From a bacterium (GTDB lineage: Bacteria; Bacteroidota; Bacteroidia; Bacteroidales; Muribaculaceae): DNA of 64,000 bases. Below are positions 9,458 to 19,277 of the stretch, piece by piece. The stretch is taken from the NCBI GenBank assembly GCA_963600695.1, contig CAVCBR010000004.1, forward strand, positions 135 to 64,134, read 5' to 3'. Below the pieces are notes generated by a model. That model saw nothing but the letters and a program-made list of their open reading frames with translations. It ran no database searches and was not told the origin of the DNA. A program made the translations under genes and the position numbers. The first letter of the stretch is position 1, and each line of letters opens with the position of its first letter.

Positions 9458-12400
9458 ATGTATTTAAAATCATTACTTATCAGTGCATTTGTATGCTCGT
9501 CGGTAGTGTCGGCGTCAGCCGCTCTCATACAAGTCGACGGAGTGTACTACAAAACGTTCAGTGATGGTACTGCCACCGTTCGTGCTCCCGGCAGCTCGGA
9601 AGAAAAGTCGACCGGAGACATTTACATTCCTGCTACCATCAATTACAATGGGCAAGCATACACCGTGACCGGTGTCGAAGAAGAAGCTTTTGCCTACAAC
9701 TACGAAATTACCGATCTTGAGATCGCCGAAGGTGTTACAACAATCGGCAAACGTGCGTTCTTTAACTGCACGGGACTCACAACATTGTCGTTCCCGACAA
9801 CCATAACAGAGATTGGCGACTATGCTTTTGCCTCTTGTACCAATGTTACAAAATTGACATTCCCTGTTGGTTTGAAAACGGCAGGTCCCATCTTCCAATC
9901 ATGTCTCAAACTTACCTCGATTAATTTTAAATACAACTGCGTTGTTACGAAATTTACAGGCACGTTCCAAGACTGCCGCGTGCTTCCATCGGTGTCCATT
10001 CCGAGTTCTGTTGATACCATCGGTAACGACACATTCAGCGATTGCAAAAAACTTGCAAAAGTCACATTCAGCACCGGTGGCAAACTGAAATATATCGGCG
10101 ATTGGGCATTCAATGGTCACCAATGTACGACTCTTGATATTCCAGAAGGTGTTGAAGAAATTGGAAGTATGTCACTTGGTGCAATGAACGGCTCGTTTAA
10201 CACAAACAAAACGTTGACCAAAGTTGTGTTGCCCTCGTCGCTCAAAAAGATTGAATACAACGCCTTCAATAATTGTGGTGCCTTGGTTGATTTGACATTC
10301 AAACCGGCTGCAGAGCCACTGAGAATCACTACCTATTACGACTACTACACAGATATGTTCCTCGCCTGCCCTGAGGACTTGGCTTCGACAACTTGTCCGC
10401 TGAAAACCCTTGTGCTTGGTCGCCAACTGATAAGTGACAAGACCGGCGAAGACCACACAAGCAAAATATTCTCTGTAAAGAGCGCACTGGAAGATGTAAC
10501 TTTTGCCGGTAGTATCAAACAAACTCCCGATCTCAGCAGTGCAACCGGGCTGAAATACATCAATGTCGCAACGACAACAATTCCAACGATTGGTGCTTTT
10601 GCCGATGAAGCAAAAACATCAGCACTTGTTACAGTGCCCTCGGTCGCTCGTGAGGCTTATCGTGCCGCCGAAGGTTGGCAAGACTTCCTTTGTCTCAACA
10701 ATTCACCATGGTGCACATGGACAATTGACGAGGCAACTGCCGATGCCAATGGCACGTATGCTCTCGGTTTAAAAAAATCTCTCGCATCGACATTCACCTT
10801 TGTTGATGAGAATTTGACCATCAAAGACTTCAACTATACATATTCAAACAACTCGATACTGTCGTTCAGCACATATAATGGCAAAGTATCGACAGGTGCA
10901 GTATCAGGTGATGCTTACATTTTAGCTGTCAACAAAACAGACCCATTGATACGTGCAATTATTGTGGCAAAAGTTGCACCTCTCAAACCGGTGACCTCCA
11001 TCACTATGGATGGTGTTGTTGATGGCGTTATGCGCTTGACATACAACACAATGGTTGCTGCCAATCCCACGATTGAACCGGCAGATGCCGATCTTACAGA
11101 CTTCAATATCACTATTGAAGACCCGACACTCTGCACAATCTATGCAGCCAAAGCCTTTAACCCCACTCGTAACTTCTATGAGTTGACAACGTTCAAGGTT
11201 GGTGAAACCAATGTTACTTATACTGCCGCAGACGGCTCCGGGACACAACTCAAATTCAAACTTATCGTTGAAGACCGCGACCGCGAGACTCCTATCGACT
11301 ATACACAAGGTATGTTCTGGCTCAACGAAGAATGGTTTGGTCACTGCAGTGGTTCTATCAACTTTGTTGGTGACGACTATACATTTACCGGTAAAGTCTT
11401 TGAACGCGAAAACCCATGGCAAGCCTTTGGTGCAACATCACAGTTTGCCACTGTATATGCAGACCGCCTTGTTGTAATGTCGAAACAAGCACGTGATGGT
11501 GGTGACCTCCGTGGCACAGCTGCCGGTGGTGGTCGCGTTGTCATTGCCGATGCCAAGACGCTTAAAAAAATTGCTGCTTTTGACGAAATTGGCGGTGACG
11601 GTCGTGCCGCATGTGGTGTTGGCCCCGACAAATTCTATCTCAGCCATGCGTCTGGTATACGCGTATGCCGCGCACAAGGAGATACATATGTACTTGATAA
11701 TGCCGATATCGCCGGTATAGGTGGCGGTTCGACATACAACGGACAAATGGGTGACCTCGTATATGCCGGCAAGTATGTGTTTGCCGTACAACAAAACACA
11801 GGTCTCCAAATCATCGATGCCGAAACCGACACATTCGTTAAAACTCTCGAAGAAACAGCAGCTCAAGGTGTGGTTCTTGCCGCCGATGGTAACGTATGGC
11901 TCATGGCTACCAAGAAGCTCTATTGCATCGATCCCTTGACTGCCGAAACAATCAAGACTGTTGACATTAACCAAAGCGTTGCTTGTCAATGGGGTTCATG
12001 GCGTCACACAAACTTCATCGCTGCCAAAAATAAGAAAATGCTCTACTGGATGGACGGTGGTGCATGGTCAGGTTCGGGCAATGTGTATGCGTGGGATATG
12101 GAAAGCGAAGTTCCGACCACGGCACTCTTCTCTCTCGGCAAACGCGAAGGCAAGAACGGCTCAACCCAATCTCAATATGGTTCGATCGGTTATGACGATT
12201 ATAACAATCGCCTGATGCTCGCCACAACTCATGGCTCGTCATCTAACTATCGTTACAACTGGTACTACTTTATCGATGGTACCACCGGCGAAGAACTCAA
12301 AAACTTCGAACTCACTCCTTACTATTGGTTCCCCGCTATGCCCGTAAATCCCGATCGTTGCAAAGTTGAATTTGATATGGACAATATCAAACTCGAAAAC

Positions 12401-12793
12401 TATACAGACCCTGTGACCATCGATCTTACCGGTCACTACACTGACGGTGACGACGTTGACGCTGCTATCGTACTTTCTTACGATGCCACTGACAACAATG
12501 CTCTTGCGTCTCTCGCCGATGTTACATTGACAGGCAATACACTTGCCATTACGCCCAAAGACCATGGCTCAGCCGAGTTGATACTCAAATCTCAATCTCG
12601 CGGTCATGTTGCCGAGCACAGATTTAACGTTGAAATCGCTAACGTGGTAGGTGTTGAAAATATCTATGATGATAACAACGCTCCCATTGAGTACTTCAAC
12701 CTTCAAGGTGTATCTGTCGATGCTGACAACCTTACTCCCGGCGTATATGTACGCCGCCAAGGCACAAAAGCAACAAAAGTTGTTATCCGATAA
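9458..12793 (+). CDS. BspA-type LRR + Ig-like + DUF5074-like propeller, T9SS cargo
   Basis: IGxxAFxxCxxLT repeats; LNEEWFGH...YYWFPAMP propeller; C-terminal EYFNLQG...PGVYVRRQG. Confidence 0.8.
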   Translation: MYLKSLLISAFVCSSVVSASAALIQVDGVYYKTFSDGTATVRAPGSSEEKSTGDIYIPATINYNGQAYTVTGVEEEAFAYNYEITDLEIAEGVTTIGKRAFFNCTGLTTLSFPTTITEIGDYAFASCTNVTKLTFPVGLKTAGPIFQSCLKLTSINFKYNCVVTKFTGTFQDCRVLPSVSIPSSVDTIGNDTFSDCKKLAKVTFSTGGKLKYIGDWAFNGHQCTTLDIPEGVEEIGSMSLGAMNGSFNTNKTLTKVVLPSSLKKIEYNAFNNCGALVDLTFKPAAEPLRITTYYDYYTDMFLACPEDLASTTCPLKTLVLGRQLISDKTGEDHTSKIFSVKSALEDVTFAGSIKQTPDLSSATGLKYINVATTTIPTIGAFADEAKTSALVTVPSVAREAYRAAEGWQDFLCLNNSPWCTWTIDEATADANGTYALGLKKSLASTFTFVDENLTIKDFNYTYSNNSILSFSTYNGKVSTGAVSGDAYILAVNKTDPLIRAIIVAKVAPLKPVTSITMDGVVDGVMRLTYNTMVAANPTIEPADADLTDFNITIEDPTLCTIYAAKAFNPTRNFYELTTFKVGETNVTYTAADGSGTQLKFKLIVEDRDRETPIDYTQGMFWLNEEWFGHCSGSINFVGDDYTFTGKVFERENPWQAFGATSQFATVYADRLVVMSKQARDGGDLRGTAAGGGRVVIADAKTLKKIAAFDEIGGDGRAACGVGPDKFYLSHASGIRVCRAQGDTYVLDNADIAGIGGGSTYNGQMGDLVYAGKYVFAVQQNTGLQIIDAETDTFVKTLEETAAQGVVLAADGNVWLMATKKLYCIDPLTAETIKTVDINQSVACQWGSWRHTNFIAAKNKKMLYWMDGGAWSGSGNVYAWDMESEVPTTALFSLGKREGKNGSTQSQYGSIGYDDYNNRLMLATTHGSSSNYRYNWYYFIDGTTGEELKNFELTPYYWFPAMPVNPDRCKVEFDMDNIKLENYTDPVTIDLTGHYTDGDDVDAAIVLSYDATDNNALASLADVTLTGNTLAITPKDHGSAELILKSQSRGHVAEHRFNVEIANVVGVENIYDDNNAPIEYFNLQGVSVDADNLTPGVYVRRQGTKATKVVIR

Positions 12794-12805
12794 CATATTC
12801 CTTAT

Positions 12806-14194
12806 ATGAACAGACATTTATTGTCTGCCGCAATCTTCGCCATGGCCACCTTCACATCGTCGGTGGTCATGGCTGAAGATTTTCAAGGCGGCTTTTATAT
12901 ACTCAACGAAGATTGGTATGGTCATCAAAACTCTACCATCAACTATTTGCATCCCGATGCCACAGACGATGTCTATTGGGACTATCGTGTCTTTCAAAGC
13001 CAAAATCCCGGAAAGGAACTTGGCTGCACGGCACAACATGGCATAGCATGGGGCGGCAGATTGTATATTATCGCCAAACAAGAAAAAGACCCCGGTGCCA
13101 AAATAACCGGTGGACGCATTACCGTTTGTGATAGTAAGACGATGGAGTGTGTCGCACAGCTAACACTCATTGATCCCTCCGGTACTCGTTGTGACGGTCG
13201 TGGCGTGTGTGGTGTCACTCGTGACAAGGTCTATATATCGTCGAGTAATGGCATTTGGGTGTTTGATACACGCTCGCTCACTGTTACCGGTCAGATTCCC
13301 GGCACCGAAAATCCCAATGGCACCGGTGGTTCGACAACAAATCCTGCCGGCAGCCTCTACAAAGGACAATGCGGTATGATGGTTCTGTGCAAAGGACGTA
13401 TTTTTGCCGCTCACCAAAAATCCGGTTTATTGGTAATTGACCCTGAAACAGATCGCGTGACAAATGTCATATCTATGGATATTGTGCAAGAAGGTGCCGG
13501 TATCGGAGGTATAGTCAAAGATCGCAACGATATACTGTGGCTTTCTATTGACAAAAATGTTCAAGGTGGAGGTAATGCCATACGTCGCCTCGTGCGCCTT
13601 GATCCTGAGACACTCGACTATGAGGTCATCACTATCGATGACAGCATACTGCCTCCGACAAACTCGTGGTATGCATGGACTCCTGATGCTTTTTGTGCAA
13701 GCTCAAAACAAGATTATCTGTATTGGCGTGGCAACCCCGGTTCGGGACAAGCATCATGGTTTAACGGCGTGCATCTTGTCCGTTTCAATACTGTGACTCG
13801 CACTGCTGAGCTGATACGCAATTTTAAAGAAGATGGCGAGGGGTGGAGCATTTATGGCTGCTCGTTGCGAGTACACCCTGTCACCGATGAACTATATATG
13901 TCACTCTATCAGGGCAACCAAAAAACGACATACATCACGCGTCGTTGTGACGCTGATGGCAATACCATCAAGGATTATCCGATGATTGCCAACTATTGGT
14001 TTCCATCATTGCCGATATTTACCGAAGACGATCCGTATCCGTTGAGTGTCAGTGATATCACCATTGACGCTCCCGATCTTGATGCTCCGGTTGAATATTA
14101 TAACTTGCAGGGCGTCAAAATAGCCCCGACAAACATTACCCCCGGCGTCTATATACGTCGCCAAGGGCGCACAGCGACGAAGGTCCTTCTCTGA
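12806..14194 (+). CDS. DUF5074-like beta-propeller, T9SS cargo
   Basis: LNEDWYGH...NYWFPSLP, paralogous to the propeller in the upstream gene; EYYNLQG...PGVYIRRQG C-terminal domain. Confidence 0.8.
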   Translation: MNRHLLSAAIFAMATFTSSVVMAEDFQGGFYILNEDWYGHQNSTINYLHPDATDDVYWDYRVFQSQNPGKELGCTAQHGIAWGGRLYIIAKQEKDPGAKITGGRITVCDSKTMECVAQLTLIDPSGTRCDGRGVCGVTRDKVYISSSNGIWVFDTRSLTVTGQIPGTENPNGTGGSTTNPAGSLYKGQCGMMVLCKGRIFAAHQKSGLLVIDPETDRVTNVISMDIVQEGAGIGGIVKDRNDILWLSIDKNVQGGGNAIRRLVRLDPETLDYEVITIDDSILPPTNSWYAWTPDAFCASSKQDYLYWRGNPGSGQASWFNGVHLVRFNTVTRTAELIRNFKEDGEGWSIYGCSLRVHPVTDELYMSLYQGNQKTTYITRRCDADGNTIKDYPMIANYWFPSLPIFTEDDPYPLSVSDITIDAPDLDAPVEYYNLQGVKIAPTNITPGVYIRRQGRTATKVLL

Positions 14195-14244
14195 TAACCT
14201 TCGTTGTAACACACCTCCCTCAACCAATATACTTTCTTAACCAA

Positions 14245-14278
14245 GGCTCCTATGTACTCGTGTACATGGGAGTTTTTT
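14245..14278 (+). terminator. Terminator ending the B12 operon
   Basis: ggctcctatgtac-tcgt-gtacatgggagtt stem plus T tract. Confidence 0.8.
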
Positions 14279-14380
14279 ATCGTGATAATTCAAAAAAAAA
14301 TAACTAATTTTGCGCTACAAACGCAGGGCGTAGAACCTTGCATAATCAACGATATTTCACTGATAATTTTTATAGCCAAA

Positions 14381-15409
14381 ATGGATTTTAACGAAAATAG
14401 AACCAAAAATTCTCGTCTTTCTCGAGATAATGATGATACAGTAAGCATCTCTAACGGCAATAATACAGATACTGATAGCTCACACCGTTCGTCGCAACGC
14501 AACAAGAGTTTGATTTGGATTGGTGTCGGTACTATTGTGGTGGCAGCATTGCTATTCTTATTTGTGTGGTTTTATTTGAGTGGCAGTGGCAGTGATGAAA
14601 CAGAGGGTGTTGACTCGGTAGCCGCCAAGGAACTTGCCTTGCAACAAGAATTGGCAAAGTCAGAACTTGAAAATGCCGACAAAGACCTCGTCGAGCTTGA
14701 AGGACAACGGGACCTCGTGCTTAACGACTCGGTAAAAATGCGCCTGACTCAGAAGTACGAGGCTGCAAGACTCGAAATTGAAAAACTCCAAGCACAGTTG
14801 CAAGATACCAAAAACCGCTCGGCAAAGGAGATTGAGGATCTGCGTGGTCAGATCAAAACTTTGCGAGAGCTGCTTAAACATTATCTTGAAGAAATAGCAC
14901 GTCTCAATCAGGAGAACGAAGAGCTGCGTGCCGAGAATGCACAAATCAAAGACCAAAATCAACAGCTCTCGTCACAAGTGGCATCAACCACGGCTCAAAA
15001 CCAAGTGTTGTCAGAGCGTATGACTCTTGCTGAGAAGCTCAATGTCACCGGTGTGTCTCTCACACCACTCAAAGACAATGGTAAGACTGAGAAAAAAGTT
15101 AAGAAAGCACGTCAGCTGATGGTGACATTCACCATACCACAAAACAACTCGACGCCTGTCGGCGAGAAGACAATCTTCTTGCGCGTGGTTTCGCCCGAAG
15201 GTAATCTTATCGGCAGTGCAGGCAACTTTGCCTTTGAAGGGACAACTGTGCCATGCTCGGCGCGCAAAGTCATTGAGTATGAAGGTGCCGAGATGGCAGG
15301 GCTTGCCATATATGTTAATGTCAACACTGCTCTCAGCCCCGGTGAATACACAGTGGAACTCTTTGCTGACAACTATCGACTCGCCAGTCGTCGATTTACT
15401 CTCAAATAA
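14381..15409 (+). CDS. Membrane-anchored coiled-coil hypothetical protein
   Basis: One TM helix, long heptad region, Ig-like C-terminus; start at MDFNEN downstream of TAATTTTG. Confidence 0.75.
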   Translation: MDFNENRTKNSRLSRDNDDTVSISNGNNTDTDSSHRSSQRNKSLIWIGVGTIVVAALLFLFVWFYLSGSGSDETEGVDSVAAKELALQQELAKSELENADKDLVELEGQRDLVLNDSVKMRLTQKYEAARLEIEKLQAQLQDTKNRSAKEIEDLRGQIKTLRELLKHYLEEIARLNQENEELRAENAQIKDQNQQLSSQVASTTAQNQVLSERMTLAEKLNVTGVSLTPLKDNGKTEKKVKKARQLMVTFTIPQNNSTPVGEKTIFLRVVSPEGNLIGSAGNFAFEGTTVPCSARKVIEYEGAEMAGLAIYVNVNTALSPGEYTVELFADNYRLASRRFTLK

Positions 15410-15477
15410 TTTCAATCTTAACGACTATTGTAACGTTTTTGTACAGTAGACTTGACACATAACATACATTAATAATA

Positions 15478-17685
15478 ATGAATATTGAAGGACTGATACT
15501 TGACCTCGCGTTTATACTCTTGTTGGGCGCGGTGGTCACGGTCTTGTTTAAATGGATCAAACAGCCGGTTGTGCTCGGATATATCGTTGCCGGCTTTTTG
15601 GCAAGTCCCCATTTCAGCTACCTGCCATCGGTGGCGTCTGAAGCAAACATAGACTTTTGGGCACAGATAGGTATTGTTGTGCTGCTGTTCTCGCTCGGTC
15701 TTGAATTTAGCTTTAAAAAGTTGGTAAACACCGGAGGCTCGGCGATTGTCACCGCACTCATTATCATCATCGGTATGATGACCACAGGTTATGTAGTGGG
15801 TTATGCTATGGGCTTCTCGTCGATAAACTGTCTGTTTCTCGGCGGCATGCTGTCGATGTCATCGACAACAATCATCATTAAGGCATTCAACGATTTAGGG
15901 TTGAGACAAAAGAAATTCACATCACTGGTGCTTGCCGTGCTCATCGTTGAGGATCTGTTTGCTGTTGTCATGATGGTGATATTGTCATCGATAGCTGTCA
16001 ACAATTCCGTTGAAGGCTCTGAACTGATATACAGCATAGCCAAACTCGTATTTTTCCTCGTGATATGGTTTTTGGTCGGTGTCTATGTGTTGCCATCGGC
16101 ATTTAATGCCTGCCGTCGCTTCCTTAATTCAGAAACGTTGTTGGTTGTCTCTATGGGCTTGTGTTTGGGAATGGCGGTGTTCTCGGTCTTCTGTGGCTTT
16201 TCACTTGCACTCGGTGCGTTTGTCATGGGATCGATACTCGCCGGCACGAGCTATGCCGAGCGCATAGAGCATGTAGTCACTCCGGTCAAGGATCTCTTTG
16301 GTGCAGTATTTTTCATCTCGGTAGGTATGATGGTAAATCCAGACATCATTGCACAATATTGGATGCCTATTGTCATACTTTCGCTTGTGGTCATTGTCGG
16401 TATGATTATCTTCGGATCATTTGGCATGTTGGTCACAGGACAAACTTTGCGCGTTGCCATACAATCAGGTTTCTCGCTGACACAGATTGGCGAATTTGCA
16501 TTTATCATTGCCACACTTGGTATGTCGTTGAGGGTGCTTGATGCCACGCTATATCCTATAATTGTAGCTGTGTCGGTATTGACGACATTCACCACACCGA
16601 TGTTCATAAAAGTGTCTGATCGCTTTTATGAGTTTGTCGCTCGCTGTCTGCCTTCTCGGTTGCAGTTTCTTATTGATCGTTATGGACAAACGGCATCTGT
16701 CGAGCAGGCTGCCGGTGGTCCGGTATGGTTTGGCGCCATAAAAAAGTCGATATGGCGCACGCTCATCTACTCGATAGTGCTTGTAGCCGTGACATTACTC
16801 GCCAAACAATATCTGCCGACATTTCTTGATGATATTATTCCCGAATGGAGCCATATTGCAGCTCTTGTGATCACGTTGTTGACGATGTCCCCATTCCTCG
16901 TTGCGTTGCTTATGCCATTGAGTCGCGTGCTGTCAACGCTAAAACGCAATTCAAACAAGCCTGCACCGACCATACCGGCAATAGTTTTGGCTGTGTTTAA
17001 TTTTATAATTGCATTATATTTTGTTATTCACATCATCACGTGGGCTTACTCGATGACTGCCGGTCTGTCAGTGGCGATAGGTGCAGTGGTACTCATCATC
17101 TTGGTGTTCTCGACACGTATACACCGTCGTATGCTTACAATCGAAAATCGTTTTCTTGACAACCTCAACGAGAGAGAATTGCGTCGTCGTGGTACGAAAA
17201 ATTCGATTGTCAGAGACTTGCACCTTGCCTATATGACCATAGGCAATGGCAGCGAATTGGCAGGACGCAAAATTTGTGACTCAAAAGTGCGTGACAACTA
17301 TGGGGTGAACATCGTCTCGGTGCAACGTGCCGGCGAGACAACACTTATTCCATCGGCAGACATGCGCCTGTATCCCGGTGATGTTGTTGGCGTTATCGGC
17401 AATGATGAGCAATTGGCTGCGATATTGCCAATGATTGAGGTTGCCAAGCCTGAGGTTAAGCGCAGTGTCGATGAGTTCAACTTGTTCTCGATGATGATTG
17501 GTGAGGGCTCGCCACTCGCCGGCAAAACGGCTCGATCTTCAAAATTGCGCAATAATTATGATGCCCTTGTGCTTGGTGTCGAGCGAGGTGATGACTTTAT
17601 AGACCAAGATCCGGATCTCGAATTCCGACCCGGTGATATTTTGTGGATTGTTGGTGATAAACGTCGTCTGACAGCATTGAAGTAG
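15478..17685 (+). CDS. CPA2 cation:proton antiporter with TrkA-C domains
   Basis: LGYIVAG, LFSLGLE, MSSTTI, QIGEFAF motifs; two C-terminal RCK-C-like repeats. Confidence 0.9.
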   Translation: MNIEGLILDLAFILLLGAVVTVLFKWIKQPVVLGYIVAGFLASPHFSYLPSVASEANIDFWAQIGIVVLLFSLGLEFSFKKLVNTGGSAIVTALIIIIGMMTTGYVVGYAMGFSSINCLFLGGMLSMSSTTIIIKAFNDLGLRQKKFTSLVLAVLIVEDLFAVVMMVILSSIAVNNSVEGSELIYSIAKLVFFLVIWFLVGVYVLPSAFNACRRFLNSETLLVVSMGLCLGMAVFSVFCGFSLALGAFVMGSILAGTSYAERIEHVVTPVKDLFGAVFFISVGMMVNPDIIAQYWMPIVILSLVVIVGMIIFGSFGMLVTGQTLRVAIQSGFSLTQIGEFAFIIATLGMSLRVLDATLYPIIVAVSVLTTFTTPMFIKVSDRFYEFVARCLPSRLQFLIDRYGQTASVEQAAGGPVWFGAIKKSIWRTLIYSIVLVAVTLLAKQYLPTFLDDIIPEWSHIAALVITLLTMSPFLVALLMPLSRVLSTLKRNSNKPAPTIPAIVLAVFNFIIALYFVIHIITWAYSMTAGLSVAIGAVVLIILVFSTRIHRRMLTIENRFLDNLNERELRRRGTKNSIVRDLHLAYMTIGNGSELAGRKICDSKVRDNYGVNIVSVQRAGETTLIPSADMRLYPGDVVGVIGNDEQLAAILPMIEVAKPEVKRSVDEFNLFSMMIGEGSPLAGKTARSSKLRNNYDALVLGVERGDDFIDQDPDLEFRPGDILWIVGDKRRLTALK

Positions 17686-17746
17686 TGCCTTTGACAATGC
17701 CACATATCATCGCCTATTGCGATATATTTGTCATTTAAGGATAAAG

Positions 17747-17777
17747 TAAGCGACCCGTCTTTGTGGCAGGTCGCTTA
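17747..17777. terminator. Hairpin between convergent antiporter and pgk
   Basis: taagcgacc...ggtcgctta inverted repeat. Confidence 0.65.
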
Positions 17778-17841
17778 TATATTATTGAATTTGGAGCTTG
17801 CCGAAAATTAATGGCAAGGTGTCAATTTCGTTAGGATTGAT

Positions 17842-19092
17842 TTATTCGCCTTTGATAGCTGCGATACCGGGAAGCACTTTGCCTTCGATGGCTTCGAGCA
17901 ATGCGCCACCACCGGTAGAAACATATGAAACCTTGTCGGCGAGACCGAATTTGTTGATGCAAGCGACAGAGTCACCACCGCCAACGAGTGAGAATGCACC
18001 CTCTTTGGTGGCTTCAACGATAGCATCAGCGATGGCACGGCTACCGGCAGTGAAGTTGTCAAATTCGAATACACCGGCAGGACCATTCCACAGAATTGTT
18101 TTTGCCCCTTTGATGGCGTTGGCAAAGAGTTTGCGAGTTTCAACACCGGCATCGAGACCTTCCCAACCTTCGGGAATGTTCATCACCGAGCAATCTTGGG
18201 TATTGGCATCATTAGAGAAATCGTCGGCAGCAATACAGTCTGTGCCGAGTACGAGGTTCACACCTTTTTCTTTGGCTTTCTTCATAATGTCGAGAGCGAG
18301 GTCGAGTTTGTCGTTCTCACAGATAGATTTGCCGACGTGACCACCTTGAGCCTTGGCAAAGGTATATGTCATACCGCCACAGAGAATGAGGTTGTCAACT
18401 TTATCCATGAGATTCTCGATGATACCGATTTTTGTTGATACCTTTGAGCCACCCATAATAGCAGTGAAGGGGCGTTTGATATTGCCGAGAATATTGTCGA
18501 CGGCGTTGACTTCTTTTTCCATGAGGAAGCCGAGCATTTTGTGATCTGCATCAAAATAGTCAGCGACAACGGCTGTCGAAGCATGACGACGGTGAGCTGT
18601 GCCAAATGCGTCATTAACATAAACGTCAGCGTATGAGGCAAGTTTCTTGGCAAAATCTTTTTGACGCGCTTTCATCTCTTTTTTTGCAGCATCGTATGCC
18701 GGGTCTTCTTTGTCAATACCAACGGGTTTGCCTTCTTCTTCAGCGTGGAAGCGGAGGTTTTCCAACAGCAACACTTCACCGGGCTTGAGAGCGGCTGCAG
18801 CATCATCAGCGTTGGCGGCATCGGGAGCAAATTTAACATCACAACCGAGAGCTTTGGCTACAGCATCTTTGATTTGGCTAAGAGAGAGCTTTGCGTTGAC
18901 TTTCCCTTTGGGTTTGCCCATATGTGACATAATGATGAGAGCGCCACCATCGTTGAGTATTTTTTTGAGCGTGGGGAGTGCGCCACGAATACGAGTGTCA
19001 TCGGTAATGTTGCCGTTCTCATCGAGAGGCACATTAAAATCTACACGTACGATTGCCTTTTTACCGGCAAAATTGTAGTTGTCAATAGTCAT
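17842..19092 (-). CDS. pgk: Phosphoglycerate kinase
   Basis: [35 protein letters not shown]. Confidence 0.98.
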   Translation of the reverse strand: MTIDNYNFAGKKAIVRVDFNVPLDENGNITDDTRIRGALPTLKKILNDGGALIIMSHMGKPKGKVNAKLSLSQIKDAVAKALGCDVKFAPDAANADDAAAALKPGEVLLLENLRFHAEEEGKPVGIDKEDPAYDAAKKEMKARQKDFAKKLASYADVYVNDAFGTAHRRHASTAVVADYFDADHKMLGFLMEKEVNAVDNILGNIKRPFTAIMGGSKVSTKIGIIENLMDKVDNLILCGGMTYTFAKAQGGHVGKSICENDKLDLALDIMKKAKEKGVNLVLGTDCIAADDFSNDANTQDCSVMNIPEGWEGLDAGVETRKLFANAIKGAKTILWNGPAGVFEFDNFTAGSRAIADAIVEATKEGAFSLVGGGDSVACINKFGLADKVSYVSTGGGALLEAIEGKVLPGIAAIKGE

Positions 19093-19231
19093 TGTTTGTA
19101 AATTTTATTTGGTTATAATCTTATATTTACTTACTGTGTTCCGGGACGCAAAATTACATATTTTTTGTCACATTTAAAAGATAAAAAATGTGTATTTAGC
19201 AACATCAATGCACGTATCTGTTGACAAAAAA

Positions 19232-19269
19232 TAAGGACTTTAAAGATCTTACAGCCTTTAAAGTCCTTA
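19232..19269 (-). terminator. Terminator after the amylase gene
   Basis: taaggactttaaag...ctttaaagtcctta 14-bp inverted repeat. Confidence 0.8.
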
Positions 19270-19277
19270 GATGATTA

